64,000 nucleotides of DNA from an uncultured delta proteobacterium (GCA_963793865.1 CAWCBP010000004.1:160001-224000), one strand, 5' to 3'; positions 40,850 through 53,229 are shown, counted from the stretch's first letter. Notes: generated by a model not told the origin, from the sequence alone. Numbers and translations are program-made.

Positions 40850-42163
40850 TCACTTCGCGGCCAGGTCTTTGACTCCCTGATAGATTATGTCAAAGAGTTC
40901 CTGCATAAACTTTACTTCGATGCAGGAAAAGGCAATCCGCACATCGGTCGCGTCAACGGCGATCACCCCCACCTCATAGCGGTCAAGCAGATGCAGGCGC
41001 AAGGCTTCGGCATTGACAGACTTCAACCGCAGGCACATGAAGTACCCGGAGTTGAAAGGGTAATAGGTCCAGGCATCGCTGTATTTTGCCTGGCTGAGCA
41101 CCTCTTTCACCTTGAGGGCGCGGGCCTTCATCACCTCGTATTTTTCCTTCGCCTCGCCCGCAAATTCCTTCGACTCCAGCGCCTTCAGCACCAGCGTCTG
41201 CGAGAGGTGCGGGCTGTTGGAGATCCCACCCCTGATGGCGCCCATGGTTTTTTTCTCCAGCGCCCCATAGACAATCTCCTTGTTGGACTGGCCGCCGATG
41301 CCATAGGTGATAAATCCCACGCGCAATCCCCACACGTACTGCTCCTTGGTGGCGCCGTCGAGCTTGACGGCAAGTATATTTTCATCCAGGTTGACCGTGC
41401 GCGAGAAGAGCGATTCCTTCATAAGCTCGTCTTCATAGAACAGGCCGAAATAGGCGTCATCATGAATGACCACCAGCCGTGTTCCCCGGGAGGCGTGATC
41501 CTTCAGCACTGCCGCAATCTCATCGGCCTCCCGCCGGGTGATGGAGTAGCCGGTGGGGTTGTTGGGAAAGTTGAGCAGGACCAGCGCCTTGCCCTTCTCC
41601 CCGGCCGCCTCATCGAGCGCCTTCCTCAGACCGACGCCATTGAACCCGTTTTTTTCATTGTACAGGGGGAATGTTTTAAAGGTCGCGCCCAAACGCTCGC
41701 CAAAAATGAGCCGGTAATTTCCCCAGAGCTTGTCGGGCAGCACAATGACATCCCCCGGATCAACAAACAGGTCGCCCACCAGGCTCAGCCCATGGGTGAT
41801 GGCACTGGTGACCACCGGCACGCTGAACTGCTTTCCTTTCAGGCCGGGGTTGTCGGCAAGCAATTTCTCCTGCCACCTGCTGCGCAGTTCCGGCTTGCCG
41901 GAGGAGGGAGCATACGTAAGGGCATCATTGGGAGCAATCGGGTCTATATACTTCCTGATACAGGGCAGGTGCATGGCCACGCCGTTCTCGGTGGCGATGC
42001 CGATGGTGGCGTTGAACTTTTTTGCCTTGACCTTTGCCTCGGCACTCTGGGTCAGGATGCCTTTGGGAAAAAAGAGGTTTTTGCCTCGCAATGACAGCAT
42101 TTCGAGGAGCGAAGGGCTTTCCTTCATGAGCTGGTCGTTCAGCTCCTGTGCCAGGGGGTTCAT
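40850..42163 (-). CDS. Class I/II PLP-dependent aminotransferase
   Basis: NFPNNPTGY, DDAYFG, DGATKE..WGLRVG. Confidence 0.88.
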   Translation of the reverse strand: MNPLAQELNDQLMKESPSLLEMLSLRGKNLFFPKGILTQSAEAKVKAKKFNATIGIATENGVAMHLPCIRKYIDPIAPNDALTYAPSSGKPELRSRWQEKLLADNPGLKGKQFSVPVVTSAITHGLSLVGDLFVDPGDVIVLPDKLWGNYRLIFGERLGATFKTFPLYNEKNGFNGVGLRKALDEAAGEKGKALVLLNFPNNPTGYSITRREADEIAAVLKDHASRGTRLVVIHDDAYFGLFYEDELMKESLFSRTVNLDENILAVKLDGATKEQYVWGLRVGFITYGIGGQSNKEIVYGALEKKTMGAIRGGISNSPHLSQTLVLKALESKEFAGEAKEKYEVMKARALKVKEVLSQAKYSDAWTYYPFNSGYFMCLRLKSVNAEALRLHLLDRYEVGVIAVDATDVRIAFSCIEVKFMQELFDIIYQGVKDLAAK

Positions 42164-42246
42164 GCAAATTCCTCATTGAAAAATATGCGGCTGATTGAAA
42201 ACCGGCTTTTTAACATATTCTTTCTGAGAAGACAAATAAAAATAAG

Positions 42247-42278
42247 AGGGCCTGATGCCCGGCCGGGTATCACGCCCT
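42247..42278. terminator. Strong hairpin downstream of glmS (terminator- or REP-like)
   Basis: AGGGC-TGATGCCCGG/CCGGGTATCA-GCCCT. Confidence 0.45.
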
Positions 42279-42307
42279 TGTCCCCATCTCCGTGTGCGAT
42301 ACGACGC

Positions 42308-44139
<1,832 letters not shown>

Positions 44140-44161
44140 TGTGCATTCCCGCCTGCCGTGA

Positions 44162-45191
44162 TTATGTCAAACTGCCGTCCTGGACCGGCTCGTATCTCCC
44201 CTGGGCGCCGAAGAGGAAAATGCAGTTTTTACCCGCCCGCTTCCCCTGGTAGAGCGCCTTATCCGCATTGTCAATCAGGTCATCCTTGTTATCAGCGTCC
44301 TCGGGAAATGCAGCCAGGCCGATGGTCACGCTTATGGTCCCCACGCTGTTCTCCTTTTCATCAACCATCGGCGTCATGGCGACCGACTTCCTGATCCGTC
44401 TCACACACAATGATGGCCTCCTCCTTGCTGGTCTCCGGCAGCATGATGGCAAACTCCTCGCCCCCATACCGGCAGATAACGTCGCATCCCCGGGTGGCAT
44501 TGCGCAGGATGGAAGCCAGCCTTCTCAGCACCATGTCGCCCACCACGTGGCCGTAGAGGTCATTGTAATTCTTGAAATCATCAATGTCCACCATAAGCAG
44601 GGAGAGGTGCCGCTTGTACCGCTTCTCCCGCTCAAGCTCCACCTTCAGATACTGGTGCATGTAGCGGTAGTTGTACAGCTCGGTGAGGCCGTCGATGCTG
44701 GAGAGCACCTTGTAAAATTCCCGCTCCTGCGCCAGGCGCTGGTATTCGCGCCGGTCAAGGCTCTTCTGCACCACCATTTTTATATGATCGCTGTTGAAGG
44801 GCTTGGTAATGTAATCTATGGCGCCCGCCTTCATTGACTCCACCGCCGAATTGACCGATGCGTAGCCGGTCATGACAATGACATCAATGCCCGGGTCTAT
44901 GGCCTTGACCTCTTTTACCACCTCCAGACCGTGCATGCCGCTCAGCCTGAGATCGGTGATGATGATGTCATAGGTGGCTACCCGGATCAGCTGCAGGGCC
45001 TCCTCGCCGCTTTTGGCGGTGCGCACCGCGTAGCCCGCTTCCTCCAGCAGATCCCTGAGCAAAAGTCGCACCGACTCATCATCGTCTATGACCAGAAGCC
45101 GTGATGGTGTGCCGGCGACCTCTTTATCACCGGATTCCTCGCTCGCAGGCGATTGAACGCTTTTCAGGTCCTGCTTCACATCCTCAACCAT
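44162..45191 (-). CDS. Response-regulator diguanylate cyclase (REC-GGDEF; frameshift ~44398)
   Basis: IDDD..TDL..MTG..KP receiver; RGCD I-site, YGGEEF; SVTIG..ADKALY.GK..GKN in the adjacent frame. Confidence 0.88.
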
Positions 45192-45221
45192 GGCACACCT
45201 TTACCCCTCAAGATGACTGTT

Positions 45222-46208
45222 TCAATGCATGCACGGCTGCATGCCGCGTTCAGTCGCGGACAGCGGCTGCGCGCTTCGCCCGCGGGACTTCCTCCAGCGC
45301 CGGTGGAACCACCACCATTGTGTTGGGTACCGCCGTATGCAGGATTCAATAAGCTTGGTAAGTTTCGCAGTCGTGGTCAAAATGTCCTGATCCCTGTTGC
45401 CCGTATCGTCAATGGCAAACGGCGGGGCAACCATAAGCCGGTGGTGATCCGGCGCATCACGCACCGTAAACAAGGGGATGATCGGTGCTCCGGTACGCAT
45501 GCTGAACACCACCGGCCCCTTGAAGGTGGGCACCTCCCGGCCGAAAAAATCGACCCACAGATCACGGGACGAGGCATTCTGGTCGATCTGGAGAAACAGG
45601 ATGCCGTTGCGCTTTAAACATTTCAGGGACTCGGCTATGCAGGTCTTGCGGGGATCAACCGGTATGGACTCGATGCCAAGCTCCTTCCTTATATCCGCCA
45701 GGGTGGCTGCCAGTTTGCTGTCCCGGGGATCGCGAAGCATAAGTGAAAAGCGGTAACCCTCGGCAATGAGCCGGGGCCCGATAAGGGGAAAATTTCCCAT
45801 GTGCGCGCTGACCGCCACCACACCCCTGCCCAGGCCGAGCGCCCTTTCAAGATGCTCGATACCATCAATGCTCATGATCCCCTTAATATACGGGGGGCCG
45901 GAAAAAATCAGCTTGGCCACCTCTACCACGTTTTTAAAAGAGTCGCAAAACACGCGCTGTGCGATTGCCCGGTACCCATCGCTGCGCCCGGCACTGCCAA
46001 AGGCAAGCTGCAAATTATCGAAGACGATCTTCCTGCGCTTCCCCATCAGATAAAACGCGAGCCGGCCGGCCGGTGCGGATATTCGGTAGAGCCAGGCGAG
46101 CGGCAGCCGGCGGCCCAGAGTGAGACAAAGGGCAACAGCCATCCTTCCCAGGAAATAGCCGGTCCGTTTTACGGGTGTAATCTTTTTGTTCCCTTTTCCC
46201 ATACCCAT
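45222..46208 (-). CDS. Lipid A biosynthesis acyltransferase (LpxL/HtrB family)
   Basis: HMGNF, DQ, VDFFG, YPTQWWWFHRRW. Confidence 0.88.
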   Translation of the reverse strand: MGMGKGNKKITPVKRTGYFLGRMAVALCLTLGRRLPLAWLYRISAPAGRLAFYLMGKRRKIVFDNLQLAFGSAGRSDGYRAIAQRVFCDSFKNVVEVAKLIFSGPPYIKGIMSIDGIEHLERALGLGRGVVAVSAHMGNFPLIGPRLIAEGYRFSLMLRDPRDSKLAATLADIRKELGIESIPVDPRKTCIAESLKCLKRNGILFLQIDQNASSRDLWVDFFGREVPTFKGPVVFSMRTGAPIIPLFTVRDAPDHHRLMVAPPFAIDDTGNRDQDILTTTAKLTKLIESCIRRYPTQWWWFHRRWRKSRGRSAQPLSATERGMQPCMH

Positions 46209-46359
46209 TTTTCAGCGGGCGGCATACGCATGCGGGAGAACCCAGGCCCTGTCTTCCTTCCCCATAGCAAACGAGCGCCCCTATCTAAAGCGTGGCTGCC
46301 GCAGGTCCGGTAGGGGTGAAACAGTCATGAAGATAGGGGCTGACGATAAACACCGCTGA

Positions 46360-46809
46360 TTATATGCCGCTGTGACCAAACCCCCCTTCATTCCGCTCTG
46401 TACCGGTCAGGTCGGAAGCAAGCTCCAGGCGCGCCTGATAAACCTTGTTGACGGTCAGTTGCGCGATCCGGTCACCCCGCTTCACCACAAAGGGGTCTTT
46501 GCCAAGATTGATGAGTATGACTCCAACCTCACCGCGGTAGTCCGCATCTATGGTGCCCGGCGTGTTGAGCACGCTGACCCCGTGCCGCAGGGCGAGGCCG
46601 CTCCGGGGCCGCACCTGCCCCTCAAACCCCTCCGGAATGGCAATGCTTATGCCCGTCGGGATCAGCTTTGTCTCCCCCGGATTGAGCACCACATCTTCCG
46701 TCACCGCCGCATGAATGTCCATCCCCGAAGCATGAGGGGTCATGTAGCGCGGCAGGGGTATGTCTTCGCTGCCCGGCAATTTTTTGATGACGATCCTGAC
46801 GGTTTCCAT
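46360..46809 (-). CDS. dut: dUTP diphosphatase
   Basis: SGMDI, RPRSGLA, GTIDADYRGE, RIAQL, RNEGGFGHSG. Confidence 0.96.
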   Translation of the reverse strand: METVRIVIKKLPGSEDIPLPRYMTPHASGMDIHAAVTEDVVLNPGETKLIPTGISIAIPEGFEGQVRPRSGLALRHGVSVLNTPGTIDADYRGEVGVILINLGKDPFVVKRGDRIAQLTVNKVYQARLELASDLTGTERNEGGFGHSGI

Positions 46810-46856
46810 GCCGGCCGATGCGGGGGTCGCGCACCGGCGGCGCCCGTTAGCAGCGT

Positions 46857-47222
46857 TCATTCAGCCTGGTGCCTCTCGATTTTTTTCCTCTCGTCCTCGA
46901 TGGCCTTTTTCCCCGCCTCGATCGCCGCCAGCAGCTCCGCCTTCTTTTCCTTGGTCAGCTCGATGCCTTCCTCGATGACCTTGTCGGTAGTCTCTTTAAG
47001 GTCTTCGATGAAGTTTTCAATAGTATCCCGGGCGATTTCCGTGAAATGGCGCGCGCTTCTTCGCGCCTTTTTGGTTTGAATGCGGAGATACTGCCGGGTC
47101 TTTTCACCGGTCAGCGGGGCGTAGAGCAACGATATGCCCGCGCCAATTAACGCGCCCGCCGCAAAGATGAAGAGCGACCGGGAACCATCCCTTTCCTCTC
47201 GTTCGTCAGTCATATATACCAT
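46857..47222 (-). CDS. YtxH-domain protein
   Basis: GALIGAGISLLYAP.TGEKTR followed by a coiled coil. Confidence 0.85.
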   Translation of the reverse strand: MVYMTDEREERDGSRSLFIFAAGALIGAGISLLYAPLTGEKTRQYLRIQTKKARRSARHFTEIARDTIENFIEDLKETTDKVIEEGIELTKEKKAELLAAIEAGKKAIEDERKKIERHQAE

Positions 47223-47329
47223 CCTCCTTTCAAAAGTTTATGGTGCCCGAAACATGTTTCCTGTTCCTGTGATTTGTTCGCGCACATTATATATATTCCA
47301 CGATACTTTTGCAATGTATTAATGCTCCG

Positions 47330-48316
47330 TCAGCCTGCCAGATGGAAGCGGGCTTTCACCTCTCCGACCACTTCCTTTCTGTGGTTGTAAAGAGTCGTGC
47401 GGTGATAGGGCTGCAGCCGCTTTAATTCGCCCCCGCCGGCGATGCCCAATTGACTGAGCGTTTCGACAACCGCGGGGCTGAGCGCCCTGCCGCTCCCGTC
47501 TTCTATCTTTATGGCCACACCCCATCCCTTTTCCATCAGGCTCAGGGCATAGCCTCCTTCAGCACCGGTCTTGGCGAACACCTTTTTCCCAAAGGTCCGC
47601 ATGACATCGGTACACACCCGTTCATCGCCGGCAATCATTTCAGGGTGGGAAAGCGCGGCTTCCATCAGCCGGGATATGACCGGGTCCGATGTTGAGGTGA
47701 GCCGGGCATATGCCCGGGCGAGGTTTGCAAGGGGGAGAAAAAATACCGGAACGCCGCACCCGTCAATGCCCGTCCCGATGTGCCGGGCGGGAACACCTGA
47801 CAGGGAGGCAATCGTGTCCCGTACCAGGCGTTGCACCGGGTGCTTCATGCTGATGTAGTCATCAAAGGGCCAGCCGTGATGGGCGCAGAGCGCCAGCATG
47901 GCCGCGTGCTTGCCCGCGCAGTTGTTGTGAAGAGGTGTGGCCGCCATTCCCGCTTCCTTTAATTTCTGCGCCGTGTGCCGGTGCGACGGCTGGTGGATGC
48001 CGCACTTGAGATGCCCCTCACCGGCACCGATCTTATCCAGGATGGAGCGGATGGCCGCAACCTGAAAGTCCTGGCCGTTTAAGGACCCGCACATCACCGC
48101 CAGTTCGGGGGGAGTGAGATGGTACCGGTCCGCGGCACCGGTAGCAATGAGGGGCAGGGCTTGAAGGGGCTTGGCACAGCTTCGCAGGCAAAGGTTAAAC
48201 AGTGGATCGCCGAGGTGATACAGGATGGCGCCGCTCTCGTCTGCCACCACGATATGGCCGCCATGGACGGATTCAATCAAATCGCCGCGGGTGACTTCAA
48301 CGAGCGGTTCCGGCAT
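47330..48316 (-). CDS. L-asparaginase II (Rhizobium AnsA-type)
   Basis: RGDLIESVH, RSCAKP, NNCAGKH, DGCGVP, AKTGAEG, KIEDG. Confidence 0.88.
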   Translation of the reverse strand: MPEPLVEVTRGDLIESVHGGHIVVADESGAILYHLGDPLFNLCLRSCAKPLQALPLIATGAADRYHLTPPELAVMCGSLNGQDFQVAAIRSILDKIGAGEGHLKCGIHQPSHRHTAQKLKEAGMAATPLHNNCAGKHAAMLALCAHHGWPFDDYISMKHPVQRLVRDTIASLSGVPARHIGTGIDGCGVPVFFLPLANLARAYARLTSTSDPVISRLMEAALSHPEMIAGDERVCTDVMRTFGKKVFAKTGAEGGYALSLMEKGWGVAIKIEDGSGRALSPAVVETLSQLGIAGGGELKRLQPYHRTTLYNHRKEVVGEVKARFHLAG

Positions 48317-48343
48317 CGGAAATGATCTTTCAGGTGGGGTCCG

Positions 48344-48375
48344 GCAGTTTGCTTAAAAAGTATTTTCAACAGCCG
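48344..48375. mobile_element. Remnant of the MITE family
   Basis: AAAAAGTATTTTCAACAGCCG abutting CTAG; resembles 19455-19478 and the shared TIR. Confidence 0.45.
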
Positions 48376-48975
48376 CTAGAGTTCCCGGAGGTAGCGGTCA
48401 TAGTACATGAGGACCTTTTTCACATAGTGCTGGGTTTCCTCATAAGGCGGAATGCCATCATATTTTGCGACGGCCTCCGGTCCCGCATTGTACGCAGCCA
48501 GGGTAAGGTGAAGGTCATTGTCAAAGCGCTCCATAAGCCGCTTTAAAAATTTAACCCCGCCGTTGATGTTGTCCCGGGGACGGAAGGGATCATACACCTC
48601 CATGTCACTGCTGGTTTCGGGCATGAGCTGCATCAGGCCCTGCGCGCCTTTTTTGGAGACCGCATCGGGGTCAAAACCGGATTCCGCCTTTATGACTGCT
48701 TTAACCAGGGCCGGTTTGACTTCGTGGCGGCAGGAAATCTCTTTGATGAGCCCGTCAAAGCGGGTGCTTTCCACTGCGGAATAGGTTTCCGGGTCTTCAC
48801 TGATAAGCTTATAGCGTGAATTGGTGGGCACATTGGTAAAATGAATGGTGCCATTCCTGTCCACATACTTATATATACCCCCGCCGGCATGGACGGTACA
48901 AGAAAAGCAGAGCAGGAGCAGCACTGCAGCCCAGGGTGCAGAAAAACCAATCCATCTGTGAAGCGTTGTTTTCAT
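48376..48975 (-). CDS. Lytic transglycosylase (DUF4124 + SLT)
   Basis: IYKYVDRNGTIHFTN; KAESGF, GAQGLMQLMP, AAYNAG, PPYEET. Confidence 0.9.
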   Translation of the reverse strand: MKTTLHRWIGFSAPWAAVLLLLCFSCTVHAGGGIYKYVDRNGTIHFTNVPTNSRYKLISEDPETYSAVESTRFDGLIKEISCRHEVKPALVKAVIKAESGFDPDAVSKKGAQGLMQLMPETSSDMEVYDPFRPRDNINGGVKFLKRLMERFDNDLHLTLAAYNAGPEAVAKYDGIPPYEETQHYVKKVLMYYDRYLREL

Positions 48976-49167
48976 ACCTGTATCACTGCCTGGAAATAAT
49001 GAAACATGTGTAAACGCTCTCAATCACCTACTATAATCGTCTACCTTCGAAAAAAACTTTAACCCTAATTAATAATAGAAATACAGTTAGAAGAAGTATA
49101 GAAAAATCAATTTTCACTGTCAATGAAAAGATGGGAGGCATGATGCCCATGGTCGAGCAGGTATGAC

Positions 49168-49215
49168 AGGAGTGGCTTTAAGCCGCGAAATCATCGCGCA
49201 TGAATGCGCTCCTAC
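49168..49215. repeat. GTAG-class REP doublet
   Basis: AGGAGTGGCTTTAAGCCGCG..CGCGCATGAATGCGCTCCTAC; related to 11118-11139. Confidence 0.55.
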
Positions 49216-49250
49216 AGTACTACACCAGAAATAGTATCCCAGTTATTATG

Positions 49251-49306
49251 ATGGCTAAAATCTAGCCATTTGATGGTTAAATATTAGCCATTATATGGCG
49301 ATATTT
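49251..49306. repeat. Tandem palindromes with 22-bp period
   Basis: ATGGCTAAAATCTAGCCAT (49251), ATGGTTAAATATTAGCCAT (49273), partial ATGGCGATATTT (49295). Confidence 0.75.
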
Positions 49307-49448
49307 ACAAAATAAAATTTTCAATTACACTCTACAATGGAACAGAAATAGGCCCCTGAACCCCTAAAATTCTCGCCGTTCCGTTCCCGGTTTTCTTCGG
49401 TATTGAGAAGTAAAGCTTCTGCCAATCAAGAAGGCCATCGAACCTCAA

Positions 49449-49922
49449 TCAGGCCCGAACCCTAAATAGAGTTTTATTAGGATATTTGCAAGTAAACCCT
49501 TTCAACAATGGCTCCTCAATTATTAAGAAATCACACCCAAAAGTTCTAGAATTAAACCAAATGGCATAAACAAATATCCTATTAATTGCGGTCCAGTAAT
49601 AACCTGAGCCAATACATCCTCCGATAATAATTAATATACCTAAAATACATGCATTGTTGGGTTTTACAATTCTTTCATTTACAAAGGCTGCTCCAAACCC
49701 GATTGATGCCCCAATCAGCCAACCCACTGGACAAGTGACAATGAAAGTAAAAATGTATTGACCATCATTCAACAATGCAGGCCTTAGCATTAAATCGAGT
49801 AGAATAATAAAAAAAGATACTGCTATAGCACCAATAAAACCTCCAACGATTATGATGCCCTTGAAATCTGGATTTCTTATAAACTTCAAACATTCTTGTT
49901 TTATTCTTGATAACCCATTCAT
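49449..49922 (-). CDS. AT-rich hypothetical membrane protein (about 4 TM; probable frameshift ~49600)
   Basis: Three hydrophobic segments, plus a fourth (QLIGYLFMPFGLILELLGVIS*) in the adjacent frame. Confidence 0.55.
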   Translation of the reverse strand: MNGLSRIKQECLKFIRNPDFKGIIIVGGFIGAIAVSFFIILLDLMLRPALLNDGQYIFTFIVTCPVGWLIGASIGFGAAFVNERIVKPNNACILGILIIIGGCIGSGYYWTAINRIFVYAIWFNSRTFGCDFLIIEEPLLKGFTCKYPNKTLFRVRA

Positions 49923-50170
49923 TTTATTTCAAGTGTTCAATCTGTGATTGAATAGGCTTTGTTAAATCAAATAAGTATGTGGATTATTGTGCATCAATTA
50001 TTAACTTCTTATCGAATCAAACAATCATATTCTTGAATAATATAAAACGGTGAGGTTTGTAATACAATGCGCTATAAAATCAAATTAGTCCATATTTCAC
50101 TTTGACTTTTATTCGTCATCATTGATAATTAAATAATAAATTTCATAACGAAAGGAGCCACAAGCACACC

Positions 50171-50950
50171 ATGGAAGCTGATATCAAGCGGATCGCCCTC
50201 AAGGCGGCACACGAGGGCGGTGCCGTGCTTATGAAATACTTTGGAAAGATTACCTCGGTTACGCATAAAGGGGAGATAGACCTGGTAACCGAGGCGGACA
50301 AGGAGGCGGAGTTAACCATAGTAAGCATCATAAAAGCCGCCTACCCCCATCACCGCATTCTAGCAGAGGAGACAGGCGACAGCGGGGTCGTATCCTCCTG
50401 CAAATGGATCGTTGATCCCCTTGACGGCACGACCAACTATGCCCACGGCTATCCCATTTTCTGCATTTCCATTGCAGTGGAACTGGAGGGAGAGATACGC
50501 TACGGTGTCATTTACGATCCCGTAAGGCAAGAACTCTTTACCGCCGAGAAAGACAAGGGGGCTTACCTCAACGGGAACCCTCTGCGTGTATCATCGACGC
50601 AGTCACTTAACAACAGCCTGCTCTGCACCGGCTTTCCTTATGACATTCGGCAGGATCCGGAAAACAATCTCCGTCATTTTAGCGGGTTCATGATGAAGGC
50701 CCAGGCAATCAGGCGGGACGGGACTGCCGCGCTTGACCTCTGCTATACCGCCGCCGGGAGATTTGACGGTTTCTGGGAACAGAAACTGCGTCCCTGGGAT
50801 GTTGCCGCGGGCAGTTTAATAGTCACAGAGGCAGGCGGTACGGTGAGCACCTACCAGGGAAAGCCGTTCAGCATCTACGCCCCGGAAATCGTGGCCAGCA
50901 ACGGCATTATACATGAGCAGATGCTGGAGATGCTCAGGGAAAAGCCGTGA
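50171..50950 (+). CDS. suhB: Inositol monophosphatase
   Basis: DLVTEAD, WIVDPLDGTTNY, WDVAAG. Confidence 0.93.
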   Translation: MEADIKRIALKAAHEGGAVLMKYFGKITSVTHKGEIDLVTEADKEAELTIVSIIKAAYPHHRILAEETGDSGVVSSCKWIVDPLDGTTNYAHGYPIFCISIAVELEGEIRYGVIYDPVRQELFTAEKDKGAYLNGNPLRVSSTQSLNNSLLCTGFPYDIRQDPENNLRHFSGFMMKAQAIRRDGTAALDLCYTAAGRFDGFWEQKLRPWDVAAGSLIVTEAGGTVSTYQGKPFSIYAPEIVASNGIIHEQMLEMLREKP

Positions 50951-50965
50951 ATATGAAATATATGA

Positions 50966-51001
50966 CCCCTCACCCTAACCCTCTCCCCAAAGGGTAGAGG
51001 G
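50966..51001. repeat. CCCCTCACCCTAACCCTCTCCC-type palindromic repeat
   Basis: cccctcaccctaaccctctccccaaagggtagaggg. Confidence 0.65.
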
Positions 51002-51021
51002 AACTAAGTGATAGGTGACCT

Positions 51022-52884
51022 TTGCCTTCTGACCCCAACACATCGCTGGAAAACACCGTGGCGCAGCTGCCGGCTGCTCCCGGGGTCTATCTTTTCAGAA
51101 ACAGCGGCGGCACCATTCTCTATGTGGGGAAGGCGAAGAGTCTGCGCAACCGGGTGAGGTCATATTTTCAGCACCTCCCTTCCCCGCAGGAAAAGCTGCA
51201 GGCCCTGGTATCCCAAATTGCAGCGGTGGACCATATTGTCACCACCAGTGAGAAGGAAGCCCTGATACTGGAAGGAACGCTGATCAAGCGGCACCGGCCG
51301 CGCTACAATGTCATCTTAAAAGACGACAAAAATTATCCCTACCTGCGGTTGTCCCTCGAAGAGGAATTCCCCCGGCTGTCCCTGGTGCGTAAAGTGAAGA
51401 AGGATGCCTCCCTCTACTTCGGCCCCTTCGCCTCCGCGCCGGCGCTGCGCGAGACGATGAAGGTCATACACCAGCACTTTTTACTGCGCAAGTGCCAGAG
51501 CAGGCAGTTTCAGTTCCGACAGCGGCCGTGTCTCAATTATCAGATGGGGCAGTGTCCGGCTCCCTGCTGTAAGCTTATCGACCGGGAGAAATACCGTGCT
51601 GTTGTCCGCGAAGTTGAGCTGTTCCTCAAGGGGAGAAACCGGGAGCTACTAAAGATGCTTGAGGAGCGCATGACCGGGGCGGCGGAGGAACTCAATTTTG
51701 AAAAAGCAGCCAGGATCCGTGATCGCCTTGCATCTTTAAAAGAAACCCTGGAGAAGCAAAAAGCGGTCATACTCGATTTTACCGACCGCGACGTTATCGG
51801 ACTTCACCGTGAAAACGCTACCATCACCGTAGCGGTGCTTTTCATGCGAAGCGGCTACATGACCGGCAGCGCTCATTTCACCCTGCGCAATATTGACGCC
51901 TCCGACGAGGAGGTTGTTTCCTCGTTTGTCAACCAGTTCTACCGCGAGGGCAGGCTTATACCCGATGAGATCCTTATTCCCTGTGCTCTCGACGATCAAG
52001 CCCTCATCGAGGAATCATTGCGCGACAGAAAAGGCGGCAGGGTTGAGATGGTTACGCCGCACAAGGGGGAAAAGGCGAGACTCATTGCCATGGCTGAAAT
52101 CAACGCCGAGAGCGCCTATAAAACATCGCTTCACCGGGAAGGAGATGCTCATGCCATTGCGGAAGACCTTCGCACTGCGCTCCATTTACAGAGCCGGCCG
52201 GATGTCATCGAGTGCTACGACATCTCCCACCTGGGTGGACGGCAGACAGTGGGATCAATGGTACAGTTTAACCTGGGAGAACCGGTCAAGAACAACTATC
52301 GGCGGTTTAAGATTAAGAGTGAAAATCCGGCGGATGATTGCGCGAGCATCTTTGAGGTGCTGTCCCGGCGGTTTACTCCCGGGGAAAAGCTGCTCCCGCC
52401 GCCTGATTTAATTGTCGTGGATGGGGGAAAGGGCCAGCTCAATGCCGCCCTGACGGTTGCCCGTGATGCGGGCATCACCACTAAGGATATTATCGCCCTG
52501 GCCAAGGGCAGGGCGCAGCGGCCCAAAGCCGCCAGGGAAGGGTACGCTGTTCCGGAGCAGGTATTCATTCCCGACCGGAAAAACCCCATTATCCTGCCCC
52601 GCGGATCAGCCGGCCTGCTTTTGCTTCAGCGAATCCGGGATGAGGCGCACCGGTTCGCCATTACCTATCAGAAAAAACTACGCAGCAGAACCGTCTTTCA
52701 GTCCCCGCTGCAGGACATCCCCGGCGTGGGTAAAACCACGTGCAAAAAACTCATCAAGCATTTCGGAAGCATGGACAGACTCAAGGAAGCATCGCCCGAT
52801 GAGATTGCCCGGGTCCCCTTCCTGAAGAAGAAAGTCGCCGAAGCGATTCATCAGTTCCTCCATGCAGACTCGCGGCGTGCATGA
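51022..52884 (+). CDS. uvrC: Excinuclease ABC subunit C
   Basis: PGVY..YVGKA GIY-YIG, ECYDISH, DGGKGQ, RDEAHRFA, HhH. Confidence 0.97.
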   Translation: MPSDPNTSLENTVAQLPAAPGVYLFRNSGGTILYVGKAKSLRNRVRSYFQHLPSPQEKLQALVSQIAAVDHIVTTSEKEALILEGTLIKRHRPRYNVILKDDKNYPYLRLSLEEEFPRLSLVRKVKKDASLYFGPFASAPALRETMKVIHQHFLLRKCQSRQFQFRQRPCLNYQMGQCPAPCCKLIDREKYRAVVREVELFLKGRNRELLKMLEERMTGAAEELNFEKAARIRDRLASLKETLEKQKAVILDFTDRDVIGLHRENATITVAVLFMRSGYMTGSAHFTLRNIDASDEEVVSSFVNQFYREGRLIPDEILIPCALDDQALIEESLRDRKGGRVEMVTPHKGEKARLIAMAEINAESAYKTSLHREGDAHAIAEDLRTALHLQSRPDVIECYDISHLGGRQTVGSMVQFNLGEPVKNNYRRFKIKSENPADDCASIFEVLSRRFTPGEKLLPPPDLIVVDGGKGQLNAALTVARDAGITTKDIIALAKGRAQRPKAAREGYAVPEQVFIPDRKNPIILPRGSAGLLLLQRIRDEAHRFAITYQKKLRSRTVFQSPLQDIPGVGKTTCKKLIKHFGSMDRLKEASPDEIARVPFLKKKVAEAIHQFLHADSRRA

Positions 52885-52950
52885 TGAACCGGCAGACAGC
52901 TGCCGGGGAATACACATATCCAGAACCATACCATCAGAAGGAACAATCAC

Positions 52951-53229
52951 GTGTCAAAATCCAGGGTCCACCTCTTTATCAGCGGAAGGGTGCAGGGTGT
53001 CTTTTTCCGCGCCCACACCAGGGATGAAGCAAGACAACGCGGTCTTACCGGGTGGGTGCAGAACCTCTGTGACGGAAGGGTTGAAGCCGTATTTGAAGGA
53101 GAAGATGAGGACATTCAGTCGATAATCAACTGGTGCCGCACCGGGCCTCCTCATGCAGTTGTGACCGATGTCTCTGTTGAAAGGGAAACATTCCGGGGCG
53201 GGTTTTCTGATTTTACCGTGCGGGGGTAG
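52951..53229 (+). CDS. acyP: Acylphosphatase
   Basis: GRVQGVFFR, GWVQN..DGRVE, GPP.A.V. Confidence 0.93.
   Translation: MSKSRVHLFISGRVQGVFFRAHTRDEARQRGLTGWVQNLCDGRVEAVFEGEDEDIQSIINWCRTGPPHAVVTDVSVERETFRGGFSDFTVRG

Noticed and set aside
44140..44161. glmS ribozyme
   Set aside because: Only ~22 bp separate glmS from the upstream gene
47240..47260. TGGTGCCCGA resembling a reverse-strand tRNA 3' end
   Set aside because: No T-arm, anticodon arm or cloverleaf follows
49251..49306. Mini CRISPR array
   Set aside because: Repeats are separated by only 3 bp, with no spacers and no cas genes
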